64,000 nucleotides of DNA from an uncultured archaeon (GTDB lineage: Archaea; Thermoplasmatota; Penumbrarchaeia; JASLWR01): NCBI GenBank assembly GCA_964342815.1, contig CAYFHS010000009.1, positions 1 to 64,000 on the forward strand. Reading direction: 5' to 3'. Both the position numbers and the translations under genes were made by a program. The notes beneath the pieces were generated by a model. The model was given only the letters and a program-made list of their open reading frames with translations, did not search any database and was not told the origin of the DNA. Of the stretch, positions 19,386 to 30,200 are shown piece by piece (positions within the stretch are counted from its first letter, which is position 1; every line of letters begins with the position of its first letter).

Positions 19386-19808
19386 ATGAAAAAAGTAATA
19401 ATCGCGATGATTATCGTGTTGGCTTTGGGCCTTAGTACCACGACCATGGGCTGCCTTGATGAGGTCTCAATAACAGGGCATTCTGAATCCTTTAAGGACG
19501 ATACAACCGGCGTGTTTACGTACAATTACGTTGTGGCCGTTGTTATCGGAGATGCGAAGGTAGACAAGGTGAAATTAAAATTGGAAGATAAAGATGATGA
19601 TGATATAATAGACAAAGAAAAAGACGGTTGGATTGGCACGGGAAAGGAATTGGGATCAAGCATCATATTTATTAATAATCGAGGCGCCACCGACATGGTC
19701 AATACCGGGGATATTTTCTCTCTCATAACTCTTACCAATTGCAGTGGTGGGACTTTAAACGTTTATTACGATGGCGAGAAGGTGGATAAAGTCAAGGATT
19801 TGGATTGA
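19386..19808 (+). CDS. Putative lipoprotein with a pilin-like globular domain
   Basis: MKK + hydrophobic stretch + TTTMGC lipobox-like motif. AGGTGA RBS. Confidence 0.75.
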   Translation: MKKVIIAMIIVLALGLSTTTMGCLDEVSITGHSESFKDDTTGVFTYNYVVAVVIGDAKVDKVKLKLEDKDDDDIIDKEKDGWIGTGKELGSSIIFINNRGATDMVNTGDIFSLITLTNCSGGTLNVYYDGEKVDKVKDLD

Positions 19809-20022
19809 ATTATCCCTCGCAATTTGAATTCACCCCGTGGGGATACGATTTCGAGAATTAATACGGAAATCTCCCATAATAAGCGATCTCCGCAAAAGTT
19901 CAAGACCCGTCCGGATCCAATAACTTACTGTTATCTTACTTAAAGAGTCATATCTGGGCTTAGATAATTCACGGAAAATATTATTAAGTCAATAAGACAT
20001 ATTCAGTATAAGGCGATGTCCT

Positions 20023-21159
20023 ATGAGAGATATGAAAGCTAAGTTGATATTTAGGTTGCCAGGAAAGGCTCCGGTCGTGGTAAAGATAGACGATGAGATC
20101 GTATTGAAACGTTCCTCAGAAACATTCTCAATAGTATGTGAACAGGATATCGAGAAATATGACCTCGGAATTTTCGACAGCAGCGTTTCGGGAGGAAAAG
20201 GGCATGCCAGAATATTCTGGGAAGGAAATCAACTCTATATTCAGGATATGGGAAGCAAGAACGGGACCTATATACTGGCAGGTGGTCAACGATTGCCGCT
20301 GAAGGGTTGGCAGCCTAAAAAGAAGAGAGACATTTTTCCCAGCGATAAAATACCACTGAGAAAGACCCATGACATTATGCTCGGTTCGTTGGAATTCAGG
20401 GTGGAAATCAAAGAAAAGTCACAATCAATAGTGCAGCAGCACATTCATGGCGATCTCATAGACAAAGGCGCTTCGAAGGTTGCAATTCACGATAGTGTAG
20501 TTCAGAGGTCCAACATAGGAGCCGACATCCATGTTAACGACGATCTGGACGGATTGGGGGAAAAGATAGGGGATTCCATCAGCGAAAAAGTCGGTGCCCA
20601 GGTACAGGAAACCGTCCATAAGGAAGCCGAATGGCTGGACAAGCGAAGTACTCACCGAGCAAAGGTCCTGAGAAAGGGTCAGCTCGAGTTAAAGGGTCTC
20701 ACCGAAGAGATGTCAAAGAGCATGGAAAGGCATTTCAACGAATTGTCTAAAGACCTTCCATATCCCATAAATATGGAGAAGAAAAAATTGGCAATTCTCA
20801 TGCATTACGGATGTTACATGTGCGGTAAGCAAACTGGTTTCATAAAGGACCGAAAATGGACAAAATGGCTTAATTTTGCCATTGGAGGTGTCATGGCAGG
20901 AGCCGGTATAGCAACAATGAACAGTGAGATCGGGATAAAAGGTGTCAAGAAACTTTATGCTGATTTCACCGAAACACCGCTGAACAAGATACCACAAGAT
21001 GGTTTCGTTTTAACGAGTGAGGAAAAGGACCGGATGATCTCACGATTACGCGACAATGATATCTTTAAAAAATTGCATTACTGTCCTGGATGTAATAAAT
21101 GGGTATGTGGAAAATGTTTCGACGGCGATGCGATGTTATGTGAGGAATGTTCGTATTGA
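20023..21159 (+). CDS. FHA-domain protein with C-terminal 8-Cys Zn-binding region
   Basis: SVSGGKGHARIF...IQDMGSKNGTYI (FHA), DSVVQRSNIG, helical region, CYMC...CPGC-x4-CGKC-x7-CEEC. Confidence 0.8.
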   Translation: MRDMKAKLIFRLPGKAPVVVKIDDEIVLKRSSETFSIVCEQDIEKYDLGIFDSSVSGGKGHARIFWEGNQLYIQDMGSKNGTYILAGGQRLPLKGWQPKKKRDIFPSDKIPLRKTHDIMLGSLEFRVEIKEKSQSIVQQHIHGDLIDKGASKVAIHDSVVQRSNIGADIHVNDDLDGLGEKIGDSISEKVGAQVQETVHKEAEWLDKRSTHRAKVLRKGQLELKGLTEEMSKSMERHFNELSKDLPYPINMEKKKLAILMHYGCYMCGKQTGFIKDRKWTKWLNFAIGGVMAGAGIATMNSEIGIKGVKKLYADFTETPLNKIPQDGFVLTSEEKDRMISRLRDNDIFKKLHYCPGCNKWVCGKCFDGDAMLCEECSY

Positions 21160-21240
21160 TCGCTCCAACATCAGATCTATGAGAATCTCACTTCGAGAAG
21201 AGTATATGATTTTTTTATACAATTTAGGTTCATTCAGGAA

Positions 21241-23853
21241 GTGACAATGATGGGACCGAAAATAAGAGGAGCAATTACGGTTTCGATAGTTGCGTTATTA
21301 GTGATTGCAGGTGTAATGCTATTTTATCCAAAAAACGACGACAGCAGTGTTAGCAAGGCTACCATCGATGATTTACTTTCAATACGATCATCAAGAAAGA
21401 GCGTTGATTACGACATGGTAATAACATCCTACACGTCCCCATATGTTGTCCTGGCAGCCACACCACTGGCCGTGTATTTTGACGGAAACCAATCAAAGAC
21501 CGCTAAACCTCTTCTTCTCGCCGGTACTAATGATGAAACCCCTGAGGAAGGGATAAGCAAAACGATTTCCAGCTTCTTTATGGATTACCAAGGACGGAAA
21601 ACCGTTGTTCTGGGAAATATCGAAAAATCAGTGGAAGATGACCTGAAATTGGGTAATCTCGCTATAAGGATCAACGGGGGCTCCGTGGAAAGAACAACTC
21701 TGGAAGCTGCAAAAAGCTTCTGGGAATCGTCCGACGGGGCTATACTCATAGAGAAAACCCAGGGAGGATACAATATTGGTGTTAACGCGGTTCCCATTGC
21801 CAGTTATCTGAATATCCCAGTGATCATCACCAGCGATACGGAAAATGTAAAGGACACCCTTAGTGAACTAGGTGTGAAGAAGACAATTGTTTGCGGTAAT
21901 CTCAAAGGATACAAGAAAACATTTTTTATCTCCAACGTCAGCCAGGTGCATCAATTGCTTGCAACCGGGATGGAGGGTAAGGACGGAATAAAAAGCATTC
22001 TCAAGGACCGAATTGGATCGGAATCGGTGAAATATATTGCCCTTGCGAATCCACTCGACATAGACGTTCCCTTGGTACTGGAAGAGATAAGTGAAACCTT
22101 TACAGGTACCATCGTATCCCAGGGAACGGGTTCAACCTCGAATCCCTCATCAAATTCCAATGCACCCACCCATTATTTCAATATTCCCGAGGATTACACA
22201 TGGTCGAACATCATTCTGGATACAAGGGTCAAATATTCAAACAGTCCGATTCCCGGAAGAACCCCTGCAATGGACGGACAAAGAAGTTACACTTATTTTG
22301 GCATAGACGAGGACAAGGACGGGGAGATGGTGGAAGACCCGGACAGCGAGGGGGATCATCTACAATTTTTTTCACCTTCACTAGGCTACGAAGCTCTGTC
22401 CACAAGTACACATGGATATACGGAAAAACCGATATTCAAGAGCACTGGCGAACATGCGATACAGCTGCTGGCGACGCTGCATTATCAACCCAATCCTTAC
22501 GCGCCACCCCCGGAAACCTCGTATACCATAACCATAAGAGCCCAGAAATTATCCTCACCCAATTACCCCCTGGTGGATAGAATATCCTGTCTTGCACCGT
22601 ACCTCGCCGCATTCCGTAACGGTATTGTGTATGCCTGCCCCGATTTCAGTATCTATTCCGAGGACATGCTTGGCAATCCCGACTGCGGCGATCCATCGCT
22701 TAATCCCGATCTTCTTGAAACTGCCAATAACGAATCTCTCGAGGTCAAAAGCAAATTGAACGGACTGTTAGCCAGATTACGAGGGACCACCGTTGCTGAA
22801 CAAGCCGACTGGCCGGGATTGGCCGATATCTACAGGGAAGAATCCCAAGAACCTTTATTAGTGGGTATAATCGCCGATACCAACATGGTTCCACAGTATT
22901 ATTACGAGTCAGATCCGCAGCAGGCACATTACGGATCCCGTGAAGGATACGGTTTGCCAAGCGATAACTTTTATTCCGATATCGACGCCAGTTTCGAGGA
23001 CTGTTTTTCAGATATTGACGGCGGACCGGTATCTATGGAACTGGGGATCGGCCGCATCCTGGGCTGGGATTCCCAAGACGTGTCGGCCCTGCTTGCCAGA
23101 ACCTTCTTCTACGAGGATATTTTAGCGTCTGCAATGGGTCATACGGGGAGTGATTTCAAGGATTCCGCCATGAACACCTTCGGCAGCCAGGTACCTGTGG
23201 GCACTTCAATCACCGTTACATCAAAGCTGGATACCATATTCCAGCACGGAGGATTTACAGTAGACACGATCCATGACGGTCCAGCCTCCGATTCCAAGGT
23301 TGCGCATCCCACATACGAGTCATCCAACCTGATCTTTTTCTGCGCGCACGGTTTCTACTACTGGTTCGTGCCACCCGGATACAAGGATACCGGTGTAGGG
23401 GGTGGTTTCTACCCCTCAAACGTGAATGAGATGGAGTTTGGTCCTTCAACAATATTCGGCTCCTCGTGCGTCACGGGAAAAGTGGACGGATTGGATCCCA
23501 CCAATTCAGTCTCACTATCCTTTCTGCACTCCGGGATGAATGCATATATAGGTGCAACGCGCCTGTCATGGGGTGGTTTTTCACCCCTCTCGACCGAATC
23601 GGGCGAGATATTGGGCGCATATATCGGGCTCTACCTGTACGGATACCTGGTAGGTGAAATATACCAAAGGGGTGCGGATGCGTTCAAGGAAGTGAATCCT
23701 GTGGATTCAATTGGCGCGGCATTGATGCACTCAAAGAACCATTACGTCCAGGATATTGGCACCGGCAGCAGCGGCAATCCTCACAGCGATACAGTGGAAG
23801 AGTTTAATATAATTGGAGATCCTGCATTCATGCCTTACATCCCCAATCGATAA
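21241..23853 (+). CDS. Membrane-anchored peptidase C25 (gingipain-like) with N-terminal cell-wall-binding-2-like region
   Basis: N-terminal TM. SDNFYSDID, ELGIGRI, FFCAHG (His), SSCVTG (Cys), AYIGATR, FNIIGDPA. Confidence 0.8.
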   Translation: MTMMGPKIRGAITVSIVALLVIAGVMLFYPKNDDSSVSKATIDDLLSIRSSRKSVDYDMVITSYTSPYVVLAATPLAVYFDGNQSKTAKPLLLAGTNDETPEEGISKTISSFFMDYQGRKTVVLGNIEKSVEDDLKLGNLAIRINGGSVERTTLEAAKSFWESSDGAILIEKTQGGYNIGVNAVPIASYLNIPVIITSDTENVKDTLSELGVKKTIVCGNLKGYKKTFFISNVSQVHQLLATGMEGKDGIKSILKDRIGSESVKYIALANPLDIDVPLVLEEISETFTGTIVSQGTGSTSNPSSNSNAPTHYFNIPEDYTWSNIILDTRVKYSNSPIPGRTPAMDGQRSYTYFGIDEDKDGEMVEDPDSEGDHLQFFSPSLGYEALSTSTHGYTEKPIFKSTGEHAIQLLATLHYQPNPYAPPPETSYTITIRAQKLSSPNYPLVDRISCLAPYLAAFRNGIVYACPDFSIYSEDMLGNPDCGDPSLNPDLLETANNESLEVKSKLNGLLARLRGTTVAEQADWPGLADIYREESQEPLLVGIIADTNMVPQYYYESDPQQAHYGSREGYGLPSDNFYSDIDASFEDCFSDIDGGPVSMELGIGRILGWDSQDVSALLARTFFYEDILASAMGHTGSDFKDSAMNTFGSQVPVGTSITVTSKLDTIFQHGGFTVDTIHDGPASDSKVAHPTYESSNLIFFCAHGFYYWFVPPGYKDTGVGGGFYPSNVNEMEFGPSTIFGSSCVTGKVDGLDPTNSVSLSFLHSGMNAYIGATRLSWGGFSPLSTESGEILGAYIGLYLYGYLVGEIYQRGADAFKEVNPVDSIGAALMHSKNHYVQDIGTGSSGNPHSDTVEEFNIIGDPAFMPYIPNR

Positions 23854-23879
23854 TAAGAAAATACCTTAGGGTCGTTAAA

Positions 23880-24869
23880 ATGACCGGTACAGTGCCTTTG
23901 AGGGATAAATTCGTCGGCGTCCTGGTGGGTATTCATACCGGAGATGCTCTGGGAATGCCGGTAGAAGGTTTTTCCATCGACAAGATAAGAGGGAGTTTTA
24001 GCAAGATCGAGGGATTCATAAACTCGCGGCTGGGTATCGGAACTTACACCGATGACACTCAGATGACCATAGGGGTGGCGGAATCGCTCATCGACAACCG
24101 TGATTTCGATGGGGACGACATGAGTTGGCGTTTTATTAGAAATTTCGAGATAACAAGAGGGTATGGTCCGGGGACTATCCAGACGCTGATCCGAATTAGG
24201 AAGGGATCTGAATGGGATAAGGCCAGCAAAGCGGTGTTCCTAGAAGGTTCCTTCGGGAACGGTTCATCAAAGAGAATCGCTCCTATCGCTCTCCTGTACG
24301 GGGAAGACACCGCCGTTCTCTTAGAGCAGGCTAGAAAAACATCTATCATCACCCACTCGCATCCTCTGGGAATCAACGGAGCACAGCTCCAGGCCTTTGC
24401 CGTAGCAAAAGCACTTCATCTCGATCCAGGGGTGGATGTCGAGTCAAATCGGCAGACTTTCATGAATGCTGTATTAGAATTCTCAAATTTGCTGGCTGAC
24501 CCTTATCCGGAAAGAATGGATATAATTCGTGATTTCATGAATAGAAACCCCAGCGAGGAAGAGATAATTGCCAAGCTCGGGAATAACGAGGTATCGGTGA
24601 ATTCAGTTCCCACGGCATTATATTGTTCGCTGAGACATCTGGATGATTTCAGGGCAGGGGTTCTGATGGCAGTGAACCTTGGCGGAGACACGGATACCAT
24701 CGGGGCTATGACAGGGGCGATTCTGGGAGCATATAATGGAATTAATTCCATACCCGCTGATTGGATGGAAAAACTGGAGAACGGCGACAAGGGAAGAGAT
24801 TATATTATTACCCTGGGTGAAATGTTATTCGAGCTGTACATTAAAAAATTTGCAAACGAAAGTATATAA
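23880..24869 (+). CDS. ADP-ribosylglycohydrolase (DraG/ARH family)
   Basis: GDALG, YTDDTQM, FGNGS, ITHSHP, GGDTDTIGAMTGAILGA. Confidence 0.92.
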   Translation: MTGTVPLRDKFVGVLVGIHTGDALGMPVEGFSIDKIRGSFSKIEGFINSRLGIGTYTDDTQMTIGVAESLIDNRDFDGDDMSWRFIRNFEITRGYGPGTIQTLIRIRKGSEWDKASKAVFLEGSFGNGSSKRIAPIALLYGEDTAVLLEQARKTSIITHSHPLGINGAQLQAFAVAKALHLDPGVDVESNRQTFMNAVLEFSNLLADPYPERMDIIRDFMNRNPSEEEIIAKLGNNEVSVNSVPTALYCSLRHLDDFRAGVLMAVNLGGDTDTIGAMTGAILGAYNGINSIPADWMEKLENGDKGRDYIITLGEMLFELYIKKFANESI

Positions 24870-24894
24870 AGAAAAAAGCTGGTTACGGGTGGCT

Positions 24895-26316
24895 ATGCTG
24901 AAGATACTGTCCAGTGACGCTACTATACCATACGGACCCACTCCCTACACCCTTGTTAGCTATACAGGTCCCGTGGGTACTCCGAAATACAGGGAGGCCA
25001 GCGTCGAGATAGGAAAATGGGAGCGGGAGCTGGGATTTTCAACCAGGATTTTTCACCCGTTGGTAGATGTGGATTACAGGTTCGATGCAAAAGGCATGGT
25101 GGTTCCGCCCGAGTCGGAAGCCGAGACATTTGGCAGGGTGAGATCAACGCCAGTGGATCCAAACAATGCTCTTGAAATACTTGAAGAAGCCGAAGCGGCG
25201 GGCGGTCTGGACGTAATAGGCATCTATGGTGTGCAGTTCTTCGAGGACAGGCGAATAATCGACGTTATCGACCGATTGGTACGGGCGGGATCGTACGTTA
25301 TTACCGTCTTTCCGAACCTGGACACACAGGGTGATTCCATTTACCCGGAGATACTCTGCCGTTCGGATCGGATCATAAAGAACCCCAGGCCGTGCTACGT
25401 CTGCGGCAGACCGGCCCTGAATCTCCAGCGTCTTATAGAGGGAGTGCCCGCGGAATATTCCGTGGATCCGTTCGAAATAGTAGGAGGGTCTGAATTCCAC
25501 CCGGTATGCGACGTCCACGTGGAAAGGCCCGGAGCACCATGGGAAGATTTTCTCAGGCCTATCAGGCAGCGAGCCATAAGTGAAAAGATCAGACCGGGTA
25601 AATTGATCGTACATTCGGGAACGATGCGAACCGGAAAGACCAGGAGAACCATCAGGGATGCCGAGAGAAGGGCGCCGCCGGAGCGTGTTTTATATTTCAA
25701 ACCAACGGGGGATACCCGTGACGAGGGGAATTTCGATTCGCGTACCATTTCAGATCGTGCAATGGAGAAATTCCTATGGATAAAACGGAAAGCAAGCTAT
25801 TTCAATAATGCCGATCCATGGAAATTCTACGAAAGGGATGACGTTATGAAATCACGCGCATTCATGGTGGACGAGTGCCAGATATTGTCAATGGATTTCC
25901 CGGTGATGTTCACCGCTCTGCGCATGGGCGGTACGAACGGAATTCCAAAGGATATCGTGTGTGCGGGTATACCATTATCATACCGGGGCGAGGTGGTGGT
26001 GATACCACCCAACCATCCCGGAGAGGTTCCGAAAGGCTCAATGCCCTTCCTTTTGTCGGATGCCACGAGAGTTGACGTGGGTTCCATAAAATGCCAGATG
26101 GACGACGACAGATGCAGGAACCGGGGGAACAGACAGCTTTTGATCAACGGGGGCGAGATAGTCACGGACTTTACCAAAAGGTTCGAGGCGGATGATCTGG
26201 TGGGGGACGATAAATACAGGATATCCTGCATGGCCCATTATCCGGAGTTCTCCGGAAAACCGGAGTTCCTGGACCGGCCGGTGCTGAAGAGGTTTTTCAC
26301 GGTAAAGGGTGAATGA
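24895..26316 (+). CDS. Tandem thymidine-kinase (TK1) fold protein: degenerate N-terminal copy plus intact C-terminal copy
   Basis: Copy 1: GPVGTPKY, IGIYGVQFF, CYVCGRPALNLQRLIEG...VGGSEFHPVCDVH. Copy 2: SGTMRTGKT, FKP, VDECQ, YRGE, C-x6-C...CMAH. Start set at ATG 24895, because the ORF-track start 24736 lies inside the ARH gene. Confidence 0.8.
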   Translation: MLKILSSDATIPYGPTPYTLVSYTGPVGTPKYREASVEIGKWERELGFSTRIFHPLVDVDYRFDAKGMVVPPESEAETFGRVRSTPVDPNNALEILEEAEAAGGLDVIGIYGVQFFEDRRIIDVIDRLVRAGSYVITVFPNLDTQGDSIYPEILCRSDRIIKNPRPCYVCGRPALNLQRLIEGVPAEYSVDPFEIVGGSEFHPVCDVHVERPGAPWEDFLRPIRQRAISEKIRPGKLIVHSGTMRTGKTRRTIRDAERRAPPERVLYFKPTGDTRDEGNFDSRTISDRAMEKFLWIKRKASYFNNADPWKFYERDDVMKSRAFMVDECQILSMDFPVMFTALRMGGTNGIPKDIVCAGIPLSYRGEVVVIPPNHPGEVPKGSMPFLLSDATRVDVGSIKCQMDDDRCRNRGNRQLLINGGEIVTDFTKRFEADDLVGDDKYRISCMAHYPEFSGKPEFLDRPVLKRFFTVKGE

Positions 26317-26516
26317 GTTATTCATTTCAGATAAGATCATTCTATTCCGTTAGAAGAAATATATCCGGCCCAGTCTTCTTCAAATTTGTCAATTTTTATT
26401 TCTTTTGAATATTTACGAGATTCATTATTAAGGTCGTCAAAGAATCTAAAAACATATAAGCCAATGTGACACTATCCGAGGGAAAGGTGTAATCGAGATA
26501 ATCTCTGTGTTGAAAG

Positions 26517-27149
26517 GTGATCATATTGGTGAAAACGGAAATATGGGAGAAAGGATATGTAACACATACTTCACCAGAATGCCCGGAGAAAAATAAAGTC
26601 TTGGCTTTAATATTGTGGTTGTTTCTAAATTTGCTATTTTTTATAATGGCTTTCTTTTTTTTCCATTATGGTATAACCGCAAGAAAAGTATCGTTTATTG
26701 CATTGGGCCTATTCTTTATTGGCTTTGGAATTTTTGCGGGTTCCTCTTCTTGCCAGAAAAGTATGCATTTTCATTACAGAATTTTCAGTAAGGGGATTGA
26801 ATATCGGACTTACCATTGGCAACCATTTTCAAAATGTAATAAATTTAGGGATGGGCTTGACTTTGTGAAGTGGAAAGATATCGCCGGTTTTAATGCTGTT
26901 AAACTAAATAATAACTATACTATCCTTGTACACTTTAATATCCTTGATAACCGTGGTGGTCGAAAGTGGCCATGGGCTTATGTGCAATCTGGAGATGCAG
27001 GTAGGGAAGAAATTAAGAAGCTAATTAAAGAATTAAAAAAATATAAAGTAAAAGAAATATCCCAAGTATGTCCAACTTGTAAGAAAAGAACTGCATTGGT
27101 ACCTAAGATTTGCCCGTATTGTAGAACGACAAGGTCCGATATTTTTTAG
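26517..27149 (+). CDS. AT-rich membrane protein with C-terminal Zn ribbon
   Basis: Two TM helices, CPTC-x7-CPYC. Visibly lower GC than its neighbours. Confidence 0.7.
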   Translation: MIILVKTEIWEKGYVTHTSPECPEKNKVLALILWLFLNLLFFIMAFFFFHYGITARKVSFIALGLFFIGFGIFAGSSSCQKSMHFHYRIFSKGIEYRTYHWQPFSKCNKFRDGLDFVKWKDIAGFNAVKLNNNYTILVHFNILDNRGGRKWPWAYVQSGDAGREEIKKLIKELKKYKVKEISQVCPTCKKRTALVPKICPYCRTTRSDIF

Positions 27150-27291
27150 AATGGGAGATATGCTACCAAAAAACAAAACCATGTCAGCCATAAAGAAATC
27201 GTATTCGATTGAAGGGAATGAAAGGTTGTGGCTGACGTAAAAGATAAACAAATTTTAAAAAGAATGAGTTTTATTTTAATAACCCTCGAAA

Positions 27292-30200
27292 ATGTATAAT
27301 TTGGATTTATCGGAGCTGATGATAATGTGCCCCCTATACCGTGTCCTATCGGTGTTGTTACTGACATTTGCAGTGGTCGTTTCAACGCAATCTACGACGA
27401 TCTGTGATGACTCCTCTGTAGAATTTCTCAATTCGGACACGAGCGCTGTAACCTCCAAGAGAAATTCTCCTGATTATTTCGTACTGGAAGAAACCTTAAG
27501 TGAGCACACGCAGCAGATTGGGGGACTGGCATGGTCGCCAGACGGAAGTAAACTGGCTTCGGCAGCCAATGATGACAAAGTTAAGATATGGGATGCAAAA
27601 AATTGGGATTGTCAAGTGACACTCACATATCACTCGGCATCGGTTTTTGATGTATCCTGGTCGCCAGACGGTAGCAAATTGGCTACTTGTTCATCTGACG
27701 AAACGATAAGGATATGGGACACTGATACATGGAATTGTTTCCAAACGCTTACTGACCATACAGATATGGTAATGGGTGTAGCTTGGTCACCGGACGGTAG
27801 TTTGATTGCTTCAGGTTCTTACGATAGCACGATAAAGATATGGAATACCAGTAGCTGGAATTGTATCCAGACACTCACTGATCATTCCGATGAGGTATTC
27901 AGTGTTGCATGGTCGCCCGATAATAATCAATTAGCCTCCGGTTCATATGATAAAACCGCAAAAATATGGAATACAAACGATTGGACCTGTATCCAGACAC
28001 TCACAGGATATTCTGATAATGTGTTTAGTGTTTCCTGGTCCCCAAATAGTAATTCATTAGCAACGAGTTCACGGGATGAGACTATAAAGATATGGGACTC
28101 AGGCAATTGGAATTGTATCCAGACACTTACAGATCATTCAGATAAAGTATATGGCGTTGCATGGTCGCCAGATAGTGACAAATTAGCTTCAGTCTCGTTA
28201 GATAATACAGTGAAAGTATGGAATGCTCTTGGCTGGAACTGCATCCAGACGCTCACAAATCATTCGGCCGATATTTTCAGTGTTGCATGGTCGCCGACAG
28301 GATTCAGATTTGCTACAGGGTCACAGGACAAGACAATAATGATTTGGGTGGGGGATTCCGATAGAGATGGAGTTTACGAGGATGCCGATGCTTTCCCCCA
28401 TGATCCCGCGGCTTCTATAGATTCCGATGAGGATGGCTCCCCCGACGAATGGAATCTGGGCAAATCGGTATTGGATTCGACTTCGGTTCCCCCTTTGAGA
28501 TTGGATGATTTTCCAACTGATCCCGCTGCCAGCCTTGATACTGATCATGATGGATATCCCGATGATTGGAATGAAAATATGGGGCCCGGAAACTCTACAA
28601 CAGGTTTGACAAGAATAGATGACTTGCGGTCTGATCCTGCAGCATCCTTGGATACCGACAAAGACGGCTGGCCGGATGAATGGAACGAAGGTTGCGATGA
28701 AACTGACTCAACGACCAATCTTCAGATTGATTCTTTCCCATACGATTCAACACAATGGTCCGACGCTGATGGTGATGGTTTCGGTGACAATATTTCTGGC
28801 AATGATCCGGACTTCTTACCATTTGATCCTGCTGCAAGTATGGATATTGACGATGACGGTTTCCCGGACGATTGGAATCCAGGAAAAAATGCGGGTGATT
28901 CTACAACGGGGCTCCACCTGGATGCGTTCCCCATAGATCCTGCCGCGTCCCTGGACACCGATGGAGATGGCTGGCCGGATGAGTGGAATCCCGGGAAATT
29001 TGCCTTGGATTCCACTACAGGGTTAACAAGATTGGATGCTTTCCCGAATGACCTCTCAGCTTCGATGGACACCGACGATGACGGTCAGCCGGACGAATGG
29101 AACATAGGAATGAAAGAATCCGACTCCTCAACAGGTCTGCATCTGGATGCCTTCCCGAATGATCCTGCAGCTTCTCTTGATGACGATAAGGACGGTTTTC
29201 CTGACGAATGGAATCCCGGCAAATCCGCATTAGATTCGACGACCCCTCTGGGCTGGGTGGATGCTTTCCCCGTTGATTCCGCTGCTAGTCTTGATAGCGA
29301 TGGAGACCGTTTTCCGGATGATTGGAATGACGGACAGGACAAATCCGACAGTACGACCGGCCTCTACCTTGATATGTTTTCTCTGGACCCTGCCGCGTCC
29401 ATGGATAGTGACCTCGACGGCTTCCCGGATGAATGGAATGCCAATAGAACAGCATCGGATTCCACTTCGATCCCACCCCTGCACCTGGATGTTTTTCTAG
29501 CCGATCCCGCCGCAAGCTTAGATGCCGATTATGATGGTTATCCCGATGAATGGAATCCTGGTAAAACCCACATCCATTCGACTTCTGTACCTCCTCTACA
29601 ACTTGATTCGTTCCCGAACGATGCAGCGGCGAGCATCGATACCGACGGCGACGGATTTCCCGATGAATGGAATCCTAACGAGAACGAATCAAGCTCGACG
29701 ACTGGGCTACGCCTGGATGCTTTTCCCTCGGACTCCGCAGCATCCCTTGACAGCGATGAAGATAACTATCCTGATGAGTGGAATCCCGAGAAGTCCAAGG
29801 ACGATTCGACCACGGATCTGGACTTGGATATTTTTCCCACTGAATCCACTCAATGGAGCGACAGTGACGGTGACGGGTGGGGTGATAATTATGCGAATGT
29901 GTCCTGGGGCAATGGAAGAGAGGTAGGTGCGTATATACCTGAAGCTAATAAACCGGACGCTTATCCTCTGGACGGAACAAAATGGTTATATGACGAGAGC
30001 AGTCCTATTGACGATGATGTGTCAGATGATGATACCACTCTCGGGAACGGTGTACCTGACCAGAGTTCCGATAGTGGATTGATATGGATCATACTTATAT
30101 CATTGTTTGTGGTATTTTTCATAATTGGAATAGTGCTTTTTCTTATTATTCGCAAGAAAGGTGAAAAGGATTCGGATAAGAATTTTTCAGGAATGGGACA

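Noticed and set aside
21241-23853. Gingipain-like C25 peptidase as a novelty
   Set aside because: Extracellular C25 peptidases are an established trait of sediment Thermoplasmatota.
24736-24894. ORF-track N-terminal extension of the TK fusion
   Set aside because: It overlaps the ARH gene by 134 nt. ATG 24895 with an upstream GGGTGG is the more plausible start.
27500-28340. 126-bp periodic DNA repeats, considered as a CRISPR array or DGR template/variable repeats
   Set aside because: They are in-frame WD40 blades with no unique spacers. I saw no adenine-specific mismatch pattern, and there is no reverse transcriptase or cas gene in the window.
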